From IMG/VR virus record IMGVR_UViG_3300025120_014916, positions 64,001-128,000 of that record: DNA of 64,000 nucleotides. One strand, 5' to 3'. The notes beneath the pieces were generated by a model, which ran no database searches, had not been told where the DNA came from, and worked only from the letters and a program-made list of their open reading frames with translations. The translations under genes were made by a program, and so were the position numbers. Positions 21,003-30,281 of this stretch are shown here, one piece after another. The stretch comes from a virus. How positions within the stretch are numbered: the stretch's first letter is position 1; each line of letters begins with the position of its first letter.

Positions 21003-22682
21003 TTATTCGCCAAAGATTTTTTCTGACTTGATATTAATATCAATAACATTAATAGCTTCTTCCTGAATGTTGTCTTGTGTAATGTTATTGCCTGCTGCTT
21101 CTAATGAAATTGAACTCGGTATTGGCGGTGTTGCCGGTGAGGTTTCATTACCCTCTTCATCAAATACAGCTGAAGTTGCAGGAATTTCAAAAGATTCAGA
21201 TTGTTGCGCTGATGCGCCGCTGTCTCTTAAATCTCTAGCAGCATTTAACGCTTCAACAATAGGGCTTAAAATCGGAGCTATAGGAGGAACTTTTGCTAAT
21301 GCCTGAAGGAGTGTATCTAAAATAAAATTTGCATATGCAGCATCGCCTGACAGCTTTTTAAGTAGCGGCGCTAATTCGCTATGCAAAATATAGGGCTCAG
21401 TTGGCGATTCATTATCTTCTCTAACTGCTAGTTCTATTTTTGTTTTACCCTGTAATCTTACTTTACCTTCTGAGTCCATGTCAAGAAAAGACTGTCCTAA
21501 CCTATTAGTAAGTCTCAAAGATTCATCTGCGACTACCCTGTTATGGTCAGCATACGTTACAATACTAGAGCCTCCCAGTGTCGGTAAATCACTAATAGCT
21601 GAACCAAATGTTTCATCAATCGCACAATTATTACTTAAATAAAGCCTAGCACCACAATTTGTTGCCTCAAAATCTGTTGACAAACCCGAGAAAAACTCTC
21701 TATTTTTATCTAAAAGATTTCCTATTTTATCTATTTCATAATTTTCTAGTTCAGAATACAGCGAGCCTCTTTCTGCTTTTACTATTCTTACCTCGCCGGC
21801 TTGTGCTTTGTCTGTGGTTGTGTTTTTTAGTTGATCGAGTTCTAATTTTTTTCTGCCCACGCAGAGGTCGATGGCCGGCGAAAAAGGGTATCTACCTTCA
21901 ATGTTGGGCTCCGTCAGCAAACCAGTAAAATCTTTTCTATTAAGTGTATTTGTTTTAAATTTTTCTGTTGTCAAGTGAACAAGCGAATTGTTTGAACCTA
22001 GTATTAGTGTATCTCCGCACTTTCTTCTGACAGGAGGCACGGGTTCTGCTGTAAATTCACGCTTATAAGAAAAAGAACTATCTGCCAACATGCTGGTACT
22101 AATATCTCTGGGTAGATTAGACTGGGATTTGTTGTCAAAGCTTGTATACGCAGATTCATCTATTTTCGATACAGATTCATCATCAAATAAATTTGTTTTT
22201 TCTTTTTTATTGTTTGGATTGTTTTCATTTAATTTTGATTCTATTAAACTAAATCTTTCAGCATGGGTGTAGTTTAGATCATCAGTTTGTTTAATTCCTG
22301 TCTTTCTAGAAAGCCAATAATACACGTCCCGACCATGAAATTCTTCTTTTAGCAGCCAAACGTGCTCACCTACTTTTATAGGTAAAGACATGTGAGGAAA
22401 AAAGGGATAGCATATAACAGGCAGGCCGCTGATATCAACGAGATATGCGATCAAACAATTCTTTGTCATTATTTCATAGTCGCCGCCATTTGAAACTCGA
22501 GGAAGTTTTCCTTTTCTTACTTTAAGATAAACATCTGGCTCGCCAATGAACTCCTTAACGATTCCTGTTTGATAAAAATATCCTGTTCCAGACCCAAATA
22601 AATTTTTACGATCTTCTGTTAGTCTGGTCGGATCTTTGTCACCAACATTCTTTTTTAAACTTGTTGCTAAATATTTTGTCAT
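21003..22682 (-). CDS. Baseplate hub/central spike protein, gp5-like
   Basis: CYPFFPHMSLPIKVGEHVWLL (OB-fold gp5-N like), GDTLILGSNNS, beta-helix-like C-terminal region; directly upstream of gp25. Confidence 0.65.
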   Translation of the reverse strand: MTKYLATSLKKNVGDKDPTRLTEDRKNLFGSGTGYFYQTGIVKEFIGEPDVYLKVRKGKLPRVSNGGDYEIMTKNCLIAYLVDISGLPVICYPFFPHMSLPIKVGEHVWLLKEEFHGRDVYYWLSRKTGIKQTDDLNYTHAERFSLIESKLNENNPNNKKEKTNLFDDESVSKIDESAYTSFDNKSQSNLPRDISTSMLADSSFSYKREFTAEPVPPVRRKCGDTLILGSNNSLVHLTTEKFKTNTLNRKDFTGLLTEPNIEGRYPFSPAIDLCVGRKKLELDQLKNTTTDKAQAGEVRIVKAERGSLYSELENYEIDKIGNLLDKNREFFSGLSTDFEATNCGARLYLSNNCAIDETFGSAISDLPTLGGSSIVTYADHNRVVADESLRLTNRLGQSFLDMDSEGKVRLQGKTKIELAVREDNESPTEPYILHSELAPLLKKLSGDAAYANFILDTLLQALAKVPPIAPILSPIVEALNAARDLRDSGASAQQSESFEIPATSAVFDEEGNETSPATPPIPSSISLEAAGNNITQDNIQEEAINVIDINIKSEKIFGE

Positions 22683-22684
22683 TT

Positions 22685-23050
22685 TTAATCCGATATTTTA
22701 TTAAATATATCATCATCAGATATCATGCTTGTATTTTCTTCTTCTTTTGCTATTAACTCAGCTAACTTAAGTATTTGGTCATTTGACTTGCTCATTCTTT
22801 CCAGATATTTGGTCATCAAAGTCCCGAACTGAATGTGATTTGTTGAATTGCCGTGAGTCTGCAAAACTAAATCTGTTAATAGAAGTCCTGCTGTTTCTCT
22901 ATCGTCAACAGCATTTTGGTATGATTCTTTCCACAAAAGCTTTTTTTTATCTTCAGTATTTTCCAAAGAATCTAAAAGATCTGAAAATTCTTTTATTTTT
23001 TCTTCTTTTTTGTCGTTAACATCGCTTATAATTTCTTTTGATTTCGTCAT
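22685..23050 (-). CDS. Conserved phage hypothetical helical protein (121 aa)
   Basis: LLWKESYQNAVDDRE...KYLERMSKSNDQILKLAELI; tightly coupled between the sigma-like and spike genes. Confidence 0.55.
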   Translation of the reverse strand: MTKSKEIISDVNDKKEEKIKEFSDLLDSLENTEDKKKLLWKESYQNAVDDRETAGLLLTDLVLQTHGNSTNHIQFGTLMTKYLERMSKSNDQILKLAELIAKEEENTSMISDDDIFNKISD

Positions 23051-23052
23051 TG

Positions 23053-23808
23053 TTATCTCTTAAAAAGAACGTACTCATCATTGTTTTTTGCCAATTCTCT
23101 ATACTGTTTTCTAATTCCTGACATTGCAACTGATAATTGTTTTGGGTTTAGCCCTGATATTTCTCTTAAATATACAAATACAGCTCGCTTGTTTAAAAAG
23201 TCTAAGTCTTCTATGCTATTAAAGAGTGTAATGATTGCATCTATGCAAAGTTTTTCATTTGAATTTGTAATTTTATCTTTTAGTTTTTCATTAACGATAT
23301 GAATTGTTGCAATTTCTTCTTTTAGTATGAAACTATCTTCTGGTGAGGGGGATATCTGGTGTGACTCTATATACGACTTGTCTCTAAAGCTTAAGTTTTC
23401 ATCATGTATACTAACATGCCTATTTCTATTTTTGACACGTTTTTTGCTTTGAATTATTAAAAAGTTTTTTGCACACACATTAAAATAAGAAAAAGCTTTA
23501 GAACCTTTCGCCGGATCAAATTTTTCCAGTATTTCAAATAAAAAGCTAACACAATCATTTTTTAGTTGTACAAAATGATTTTGACTGTATGAGAAGCCAT
23601 GAATAAAAATTAGATTTTCTGCTAACTTTTCAAATGAAGGCTTAATATCAGCAGTGTAGATTTTATTTTTTACATTCCTACAATCTGCATCTTGATAGCG
23701 AACAACAGCATTGTGTGCGTCTTTTCCAAAATAAGGTCTTTTTTTAGTCTTTTTTTGATTTTTTGATTTTATATTACTTGACTTGACGGTCTTCTTCTTT
23801 AATTTCAC
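23053..23808 (-). CDS. Phage sigma factor (sigma70 region-2 like; T4 gp55-type late sigma)
   Basis: YFG...AVVRYQ...FEKLAENLI...LKNDCVSFLFEILEKFDPAKGSKAFSYFNVCAKNFLI matches the sigma region 2 pattern (FDPxKG.F.SY). Confidence 0.8.
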   Translation of the reverse strand: MKLKKKTVKSSNIKSKNQKKTKKRPYFGKDAHNAVVRYQDADCRNVKNKIYTADIKPSFEKLAENLIFIHGFSYSQNHFVQLKNDCVSFLFEILEKFDPAKGSKAFSYFNVCAKNFLIIQSKKRVKNRNRHVSIHDENLSFRDKSYIESHQISPSPEDSFILKEEIATIHIVNEKLKDKITNSNEKLCIDAIITLFNSIEDLDFLNKRAVFVYLREISGLNPKQLSVAMSGIRKQYRELAKNNDEYVLFKR

Positions 23809-24100
23809 TTTGCATCCCAGAATCAGAAGTTAGCTTATTAGCGATTTTTAAAATAGCAAAGTGACACTGTTTAATGTCGTTCATAACTTGTCTTACTTCA
23901 ATAGAATCAAAAAAGACAGGTTTCTGAATGACTTCATTCATTTTGCCATAGTGATGGTTTAACAAGTCTAAGCTTTCTTCAATTGATTCTTCTACGTTAA
24001 GAATTATAACTGAAAATGTATATAGCTTTTTTGCAGCAATACACAAGCATGCAAATAGAAGAATAATAATAGAGATATAAAAATATTCTGGTAAAAACAC
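23774..24100 (-). CDS. Small membrane-anchored coiled-coil protein
   Basis: N-terminal hydrophobic helix YFYISIIILLFACLCIA followed by a helical segment. Confidence 0.55.
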   Translation of the reverse strand: MFLPEYFYISIIILLFACLCIAAKKLYTFSVIILNVEESIEESLDLLNHHYGKMNEVIQKPVFFDSIEVRQVMNDIKQCHFAILKIANKLTSDSGMQSEIKEEDRQVK

Positions 24101-25275
24101 TACAGTACTTCCGCAAATAACTTATTATACTTTTTAATAATTGCATTTTTTGAAAAGTTCTTACAAATGTGTGTAGAAACTTCCAAAGCATTACTTTTAT
24201 GGTATTCATAATTATAATACACGTCATTTAACTTTGTAAAATAAGATTCTTTTGATGGTTCAGCCCACCTTGTATCTTTTACAAATATTCGATCATCTAT
24301 TTTTTCCTTAGGTATGTCTACCATATTATAGTCTATAGGTAGAAATTTTTGACCTTTTAGAAATTGTAAGTGACCAGAATAGTTTGTCACGATTATCGGC
24401 AGGCCTGCAGCAGCAGCTTCTACTAGCGGTAATCCATATCCTTCTGCCCTAGTTAGGGATACATAACATTTTATATTTTTACTTCTATATAGCGCTGCAA
24501 TCTCTTTTTTTGTCATATCACCATGCAAAAGATATATCTTTGGATAAATAGAATCTCCTTTTGCAGCTTTTGCTATCTGGCTAAAATATTCCTTTGTTTT
24601 CTTTCTATCAAAAGAAGAATTCTTACCTAAACATGTTTTTACAACAATACCTACATCTTTATTGTTTTTAAATTTTTCACACAAATGCGATATTGTATTG
24701 AATATATTTTTCCTATCTTGCTTAGGATCAGTATGAGTTAACATACCTACAGTTAAAAAATTAAAAGATGTGCTAAGATTTAGGTTTATTTCTTCTAGGG
24801 TATTGTCTTCAATTGTTTCATGAAACCACTCAGGAACAACGTCTATTTGCTTTAATAGGATTCCAGATCGCTTTAAAACGTTTTTTGTGAATACTGACGG
24901 GACAATTATGCGATCCATTTTGTTGCAACATTCTAGCCATTCTTGATTACACTTGTCAGACTCTACAGCAGCTGTTATCCCTACGTTAAATTTACCTAAT
25001 GCTGGATTCCATTCGTCGGGTAACTGAATTTGGAAAGTTATATCATACGGTGCAGATAAAGGTTTTGATCTTTGCATTATTTCTTTTATCAAACCTGATT
25101 CTTTTTCTTCACTTACAATCCAAGAACAGTTTCCCCAGTTTAGACACTCAACGTCTATTTCAAAATTTCTTTTTTTACTTTCAGCTAGCAGCCAACTAAA
25201 GACTTGCCTTGAATGGACTCCATATCCACTATTTGTTAATAGTGGAGCTCTTACTAAAACTTTTTTCATTTGCAC
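24100..25275 (-). CDS. Glycosyltransferase family 4
   Basis: SGYGVHSR N-terminal motif; YVSLTRAEGYGLPLVEAAAAGLPIIVTNYSG (GT4 E-x7-E). Confidence 0.9.
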   Translation of the reverse strand: MQMKKVLVRAPLLTNSGYGVHSRQVFSWLLAESKKRNFEIDVECLNWGNCSWIVSEEKESGLIKEIMQRSKPLSAPYDITFQIQLPDEWNPALGKFNVGITAAVESDKCNQEWLECCNKMDRIIVPSVFTKNVLKRSGILLKQIDVVPEWFHETIEDNTLEEINLNLSTSFNFLTVGMLTHTDPKQDRKNIFNTISHLCEKFKNNKDVGIVVKTCLGKNSSFDRKKTKEYFSQIAKAAKGDSIYPKIYLLHGDMTKKEIAALYRSKNIKCYVSLTRAEGYGLPLVEAAAAGLPIIVTNYSGHLQFLKGQKFLPIDYNMVDIPKEKIDDRIFVKDTRWAEPSKESYFTKLNDVYYNYEYHKSNALEVSTHICKNFSKNAIIKKYNKLFAEVL

Positions 25276-25288
25276 CTTGCCTTATTTG

Positions 25289-26554
25289 CTAATAGTCAAA
25301 AACTTGCCAAGAAGTCTTGCTTTTGTTTTCTTTAAAATTTTTAATTGCATCAAACATTGAATTGTCCCATAAGTCAACAACCTTTTGATGTGAAAATTCT
25401 GTTCTTGCGTAATTCAAAACCTTCTTTCTTAGCTTTTTGTATTCGTAAGGTTTTCTTTTCCACATTTTATAAAGTTTCATTATACCAAACGAAGTGTTTT
25501 TATTCGTAACATAGTCTTCATATATATACGGTACATTTTGACTCCCAACTAGTGTTTTAAGGTCTATGTTAAGTGCTACGCCATTCTCCCTTCCCGTCTT
25601 ATGATCAATAACTTGCCTAGTTAGTCCGCCTGTTTTGGCTGCAATTATAGGTGATCCTGTCATCATCGCTTCAAGTGTTGATAGGCCAAATCCTTCAGCA
25701 AAAGATATATTAATACAAAAGTCTGTTATATTATATAGTACATTTATTTTTTCAAATTCTAAGCGTTCTCTAGAGAAAAATACATTTTGCTGAATTCCTA
25801 ATTCATTGGCAGTCGCAAACAGATTAGGACCTTCCGCGTCTGTTGGCTCAGTATGCATTATTAACGTTGCTTTTCTATGCCCTTCTCTCTTTTCTAACAT
25901 GTCTAAAAACAATTTCCATGATTCAAGTACATCATTTGGTCTTTTTCTTTTTGCATTCCTGTTAACCCATATACCTACAAAATGATCGGAACGGTCTACA
26001 CCTAACAAGTTAATCTTGTGTTTTCTTTTTTCTTCATCTGGTAACGGAAAAAATAAATTTTCAGGCAATGCGTGAGGGATAAAATGTGTTTTTTCTGGGT
26101 AGTACTTTTTTAACATTGTATACGTCATATGAGAATGACAGTTTATAACATCTGTGCCTTCATAGTAAGGCTCGTTAAACTTTGGAAAAGGATAATTATC
26201 CCAGACATGCCACCATACTATTGGACATACCTGATGAACCTCATCTTCCATATCAAAGAGCCACGTAAAAAATCTAGGGTCTGTAAAGATAAACAAAAGG
26301 TCGGGTTTTTCTGTGGCTAGCGTAATTCTTAACAGCTCTGGTGTTCCAAACCCATCTATTGGCTTGATTATAAAATCATCGTTAACAACAACAGTGCGAT
26401 AATCACTATGTTTCATCGCAGCTCCAAATTGTCTAAAAGTCCACCTATTTTTCTTTATAAGCCCTTCAATAAGGTGTCTTGTTTGTGTTCCAACTCCGCT
26501 GGTAGAAAGTGCATGATCTGAAAGTACTAGTACCTTAAGTTTTTTATTGTTCAT
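25289..26554 (-). CDS. Glycosyltransferase family 4
   Basis: LSDHALSTSGVG; NRNAKRKRP; ISFAEGFGLSTLEAMMTGSPIIA. Confidence 0.9.
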   Translation of the reverse strand: MNNKKLKVLVLSDHALSTSGVGTQTRHLIEGLIKKNRWTFRQFGAAMKHSDYRTVVVNDDFIIKPIDGFGTPELLRITLATEKPDLLFIFTDPRFFTWLFDMEDEVHQVCPIVWWHVWDNYPFPKFNEPYYEGTDVINCHSHMTYTMLKKYYPEKTHFIPHALPENLFFPLPDEEKRKHKINLLGVDRSDHFVGIWVNRNAKRKRPNDVLESWKLFLDMLEKREGHRKATLIMHTEPTDAEGPNLFATANELGIQQNVFFSRERLEFEKINVLYNITDFCINISFAEGFGLSTLEAMMTGSPIIAAKTGGLTRQVIDHKTGRENGVALNIDLKTLVGSQNVPYIYEDYVTNKNTSFGIMKLYKMWKRKPYEYKKLRKKVLNYARTEFSHQKVVDLWDNSMFDAIKNFKENKSKTSWQVFDY

Positions 26555-26646
26555 AAGTTTAAAATCCTCTCCAAATATATACTAATTTTATACTTCTGTC
26601 ATTAAAAGTAAACTTTTTTATAGCAGAATTAGTATACAGGCTTAAC

Positions 26647-27489
26647 TTATTTACAGTGTTCTGTGTTTAAATAGGGACAAAATTTGCAACTATGCCTATT
26701 TTTTAAAAACATTCCTTTTCTAACAGACTTAATCATGTTTCTCATTAGCTTGACACCCTTTGCGTGAGTTTTAGGTCCTACACCTACATTTACAATATCA
26801 CAAAGCTTGCCTGGCTTAGCACCTCTCTTAAGTAAAATAAAAGCGCAACGTACGTCTTTCAAGGGAATGTTGTGTTTCTTTGACCAAAAATGCTTATATA
26901 GAATAAGTTGTGCTGTCATACCTAAATCTTGCTTTTTATCTCTTCGCCATCCGTATGCTCCGGCTGTCTTCCAATCAACGATCCAGTATTCGTGACCTTT
27001 GCCTCTTTTTTTAGGAACTTTAAAAACAGCATCAATAAAGCCTTTAAAAGAAAGATCTTTGTCTAAGTTTTCTATTTCTTCATATAGCTGTTCTTCAGCT
27101 TTAAAACATTCCCAACCTGGAAGCTGTGTATCTAAAAAACCTAACACTTCATCCCACATATTATTTGCCCAACTTTCCCATTCTTCAACAGGTTGGTGTT
27201 TATACCAGCCGGGCTGCTTAGAATACCATGTTGGGTCCTCGAAACCAGCTTTCTGCCAACTTTCTTTCATGACACCTAGTATTTTATCACGGTCAACTTT
27301 TCCTGTCTCTATAAGCGTTTCACAGCCTTCGTGGACTGCAGTTCCAAAATGAAGATAGGGACTGTCTTGAAACATATCTATCTTGTCAATGTACGTTAAC
27401 TTATGACGGTAGCTACATTCTTTCCATTGTTTTATTTCAGAAAAAGATATGTGTGGTTTTCCTGTCGGAAATAATTCCTGTGTACTCAT
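26647..27489 (-). CDS. PD-(D/E)XK exonuclease, Cas4/AddB-like with a probable Fe-S cluster
   Basis: HISFSEI..W.EC; FKGFIDAV; IVDWKT; C-terminal CKFCPY...HC, giving a 1+3 Cys arrangement. Confidence 0.85.
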   Translation of the reverse strand: MSTQELFPTGKPHISFSEIKQWKECSYRHKLTYIDKIDMFQDSPYLHFGTAVHEGCETLIETGKVDRDKILGVMKESWQKAGFEDPTWYSKQPGWYKHQPVEEWESWANNMWDEVLGFLDTQLPGWECFKAEEQLYEEIENLDKDLSFKGFIDAVFKVPKKRGKGHEYWIVDWKTAGAYGWRRDKKQDLGMTAQLILYKHFWSKKHNIPLKDVRCAFILLKRGAKPGKLCDIVNVGVGPKTHAKGVKLMRNMIKSVRKGMFLKNRHSCKFCPYLNTEHCK

Positions 27490-27570
27490 TTTTCACCATA
27501 TTATTAGAGATATATCAAAACTGTATCAGCTATGTTAAGATATACTAAGTTTACACAAAATATATTAGAT

Positions 27571-27883
27571 TTACACAACTAGTTCTGGGTCGTACAAAGT
27601 ATACTTTGCAGTTAATTCTTCGTTGGGCTGTATGTCTTTTATTGTTACTAGAAATAAATAGTCATCATCCTTTAGTATTTTACAGTTTGGCTTATTTGGA
27701 TTGTGATTAAAAAACCCGCCCAGTGGAGTTCTTATGTAATTATTTATTATTTTCAAAGAGCGGGTTAAAAATATGGGTTAATCCTAAATTTGTATTTTTT
27801 TTAATACTTGCTGTTGCAAACAGACCTAATCCGTGGACTTTCGATTCTTTGATTGTTAAAGACGCTGGCAAGGGTTTAAACAT
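27571..27883 (-). pseudogene. SET-domain protein-lysine methyltransferase, frameshifted by a 7-bp tandem duplication
   Basis: The 5' part from ATG 27883 reads MFKPLPASLTIKESKVHGLGLFATASIKKNTNLGLTHIFNPLFENNK*. The 3' part reads YIRTPLGGFFNHNPNKPNC...DIQPNEELTAKY (SET NHS-like and EELT.DY-like motifs). Removing one ATTATTT copy (27739-27752) joins them into a 101-aa ORF. Confidence 0.85.
27739..27752. repeat. Perfect 7-bp tandem duplication (ATTATTT x2)
   Basis: Read directly at 27739-27745 and 27746-27752. Confidence 0.95.
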
Positions 27884-28774
27884 TTAATAACTCATTATTT
27901 TTTCTGATAGTGTGTATTTGGGTGACCATCCTAAATCTTTTATAGTCTCGCTTATATCTGCAAGTGTTTCTTGAACTTCTGCCGGCCGTAAAGGAATTAT
28001 ATCTGTTTTCCCTCCAATCATCTCTGCTATTTCCCACATTGAATGATTTTTTCCTGTTCCGACGTTATAGACGTTAAATGGGATATCAACAGTTGATGAT
28101 CTCATTGCAAGAATATTTGCTTCCACTACATCTTCGATATATGTAAAATCTCTTCTTTGTGTCCCGGGTGCAACTATGGTCATAAATTTATTATTCTTGC
28201 TTTGACGTTTAAATAAACCAATTACTGGAGCGTATTCTCCCTTGATAGGCTCTCTCGGCCCGTATACATTAAAGTATCTTAAAGTTATGCTTGGTACCCC
28301 GTAAAGCTGGTTATAAAGTTTACAAATTTGTTCACCCATCCATTTTGACATTGAATATGGGTTGAGGCAGTCTGCAGGCATATTGGGTGCAAACGGAATT
28401 GAATTCTGGTGACCATAAAGTGAAGAGGTACCTGAATATATTACTCTTTTTACAGAATGCAATCTGGACCATTCTAGGACCCTCTGCGTGCCTACTACGT
28501 TAACCTCGAAACACTCATTAGGCGCACCAATAGTTGGTTGGATGCGGCTTCTTGCTGCTAGATGAAAGACATAATCAACTGACTTGAAAATGTCGTTGCA
28601 GTCATCTTTAGATATATCTTTTTGCCAATATGTTACTTGATCATTATAATAAAATCTCTCATTTTCTTGTGCAGACAAGTCATCTATCACAACTACCTCG
28701 CAACCAATCAAAATAAGCTTATCTACTATATGGCTACCTATAAATCCGCAACCGCCTGTTACTAAACATTTCAT
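27884..28774 (-). CDS. NAD-dependent nucleotide-sugar epimerase/dehydratase (extended SDR)
   Basis: LVTGGCGFIGSH; catalytic YSMSK; LRYFNVYGP; RDFTYIEDV. Confidence 0.93.
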   Translation of the reverse strand: MKCLVTGGCGFIGSHIVDKLILIGCEVVVIDDLSAQENERFYYNDQVTYWQKDISKDDCNDIFKSVDYVFHLAARSRIQPTIGAPNECFEVNVVGTQRVLEWSRLHSVKRVIYSGTSSLYGHQNSIPFAPNMPADCLNPYSMSKWMGEQICKLYNQLYGVPSITLRYFNVYGPREPIKGEYAPVIGLFKRQSKNNKFMTIVAPGTQRRDFTYIEDVVEANILAMRSSTVDIPFNVYNVGTGKNHSMWEIAEMIGGKTDIIPLRPAEVQETLADISETIKDLGWSPKYTLSEKIMSY

Positions 28775-28802
28775 AATTAACCTACCTGCTATAATCTAAT
28801 TT

Positions 28803-29660
28803 TTATTTTTTATTTGTACTCACTGCACCCGGGATGTCATACCAGTCTAGATCCTGTCTAACCTGTTTATTCTTTTCCCAAGCACCTTTCATAACATCAG
28901 GTGAAACGCCAAGCTCTTCTGCCTTTTTAATCATTGCATTTAGATCTTTAGGGAAGCATTTACCACCAAAGCCAAAGTCACCATCATGGCCCGGGACATC
29001 AATATGAGAGTTCCCAATTCTACCATCTGTTATAAATCCTTCAAGCGCTTTATCCCAGTCTCCACTAATAGCTTTACAAACTTGGTACATTTCATTCATA
29101 AAAGAAACTTTCGTGGCAAAAAAACAATTTGCCATGTATTTAATTAACTGTGCAGTTCCAAAATCTGTTTTTATGATGTTTGTATGTGGGAACCTTAATC
29201 TATATAAGTCTTCAACTTTTTGCAAAGATTTTTTATTATTACTGCCTAAAACAATTCTTGCAGTATTTATAAAGTCTAGTCTTGCTTTTCGCTCAGTTAG
29301 AAATTCAGGATTGAAGACAAAATTCATGTCCGGGTATTTCGCTGCTAAACGTTCAGTCGTTCCAGGAACGACTGTTGATTTGATTACTAGTACTTGATCT
29401 TTACGCCTATGCGTAAGCGGATAGTTGTTCATTATTTCATCAACAACACCCTCGACAATTGAAAGATCGCATTCTCCTGACTCGAACATCGGTGTTGGTA
29501 CGCAAATAAATACAACGTCTGAGTGTAAAATCAATTCACATAAGCTATGTGTAGACCGCTTTGGGTCTTTGTCATGTATCATTATATCATCTGAATGGAG
29601 CATGAAGCCGTGTATTATTGCGGAGCCTACAAACCCGTTACCTATTATTCCAATTTTCAT
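28803..29660 (-). CDS. UDP-glucose/GDP-mannose 6-dehydrogenase family, short form lacking the C-terminal domain
   Basis: GIIGNGFVG; VFICVPTP; IKSTVVPGT; FNPEFL; KYMANCFFATKVSFMNE; GFGGKCFPKD (catalytic Cys). Only 285 aa. Confidence 0.9.
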   Translation of the reverse strand: MKIGIIGNGFVGSAIIHGFMLHSDDIMIHDKDPKRSTHSLCELILHSDVVFICVPTPMFESGECDLSIVEGVVDEIMNNYPLTHRRKDQVLVIKSTVVPGTTERLAAKYPDMNFVFNPEFLTERKARLDFINTARIVLGSNNKKSLQKVEDLYRLRFPHTNIIKTDFGTAQLIKYMANCFFATKVSFMNEMYQVCKAISGDWDKALEGFITDGRIGNSHIDVPGHDGDFGFGGKCFPKDLNAMIKKAEELGVSPDVMKGAWEKNKQVRQDLDWYDIPGAVSTNKK

Positions 29661-29673
29661 AATCTAACCTTTT

Positions 29674-30267
29674 TTATTTTTGAGCAATTATTGTACTGTT
29701 GACATAGTAAGCATTTTCTGATATTACGTTTCCGCTAAAGATAGATTTAACCATGTCATTAGGTAGGTATTGAATCTTTTTAAACTCTTCACTTCTTCTA
29801 TCAGTTGGATTGTTGATCATGTGTATCATCATCTTATAATTACCTGTTTTTTCTTTTAACAGTATTTTTGAAAATTTTTCAACTAAAACTGCTAAACCCT
29901 CTGTTGTAAATCGCCAAAAGTCGGTAGGGTGTGGGTGTTCTTGGTAGAAAAAGGGTGAAGTTATTATAATTATACCACCCGGCTTAAGCACACGATAAGC
30001 TTCGTCTACGCATATCCATGGCTTTCTAACATGTTCTAAAACCTGGTCAAAAGCAACACAATCGTATTCGTCGTCTTTATACGGTAGTTTATGAGCATCA
30101 ACTTCAGGATAATCAGCTCTTGTTACGTTTTTATAGAAATTTGACCAATGAGGTGTATGACCACTAATTTCTAAAATTTTTTCATTTTTAATCGTACTGT
30201 CGCTTGCAATAATATTGCTTAAAAATTGCTGCGTTTTTACAAGATACTCTATTCTTGTGCATTTCAT
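29674..30267 (-). CDS. Class I SAM-dependent methyltransferase
   Basis: ILEISG...VDAHKLPYKDDEYDCVAFDQVLEHV...RVLKPGG...DFWRFT. Confidence 0.88.
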   Translation of the reverse strand: MKCTRIEYLVKTQQFLSNIIASDSTIKNEKILEISGHTPHWSNFYKNVTRADYPEVDAHKLPYKDDEYDCVAFDQVLEHVRKPWICVDEAYRVLKPGGIIIITSPFFYQEHPHPTDFWRFTTEGLAVLVEKFSKILLKEKTGNYKMMIHMINNPTDRRSEEFKKIQYLPNDMVKSIFSGNVISENAYYVNSTIIAQK

Positions 30268-30281
30268 TACATTTCCTTTTT

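Noticed and set aside
17003-22682. Extracellular contractile injection system or T6SS instead of a phage
   Set aside because: The gp55-like sigma, Cas4-like nuclease, PhoH, UvsE, near-uniform strand bias and absence of housekeeping genes fit a large phage better.
26647-27489. CRISPR-Cas adaptation locus
   Set aside because: No repeat-spacer array and no cas1/cas2 were recognised in the window.
27571-27883. SET domain, Kdo pathway and K/R run as evidence of a eukaryotic giant virus
   Set aside because: Sigma factors, SD motifs, an intrinsic terminator and a T4-like baseplate indicate a prokaryotic virus.
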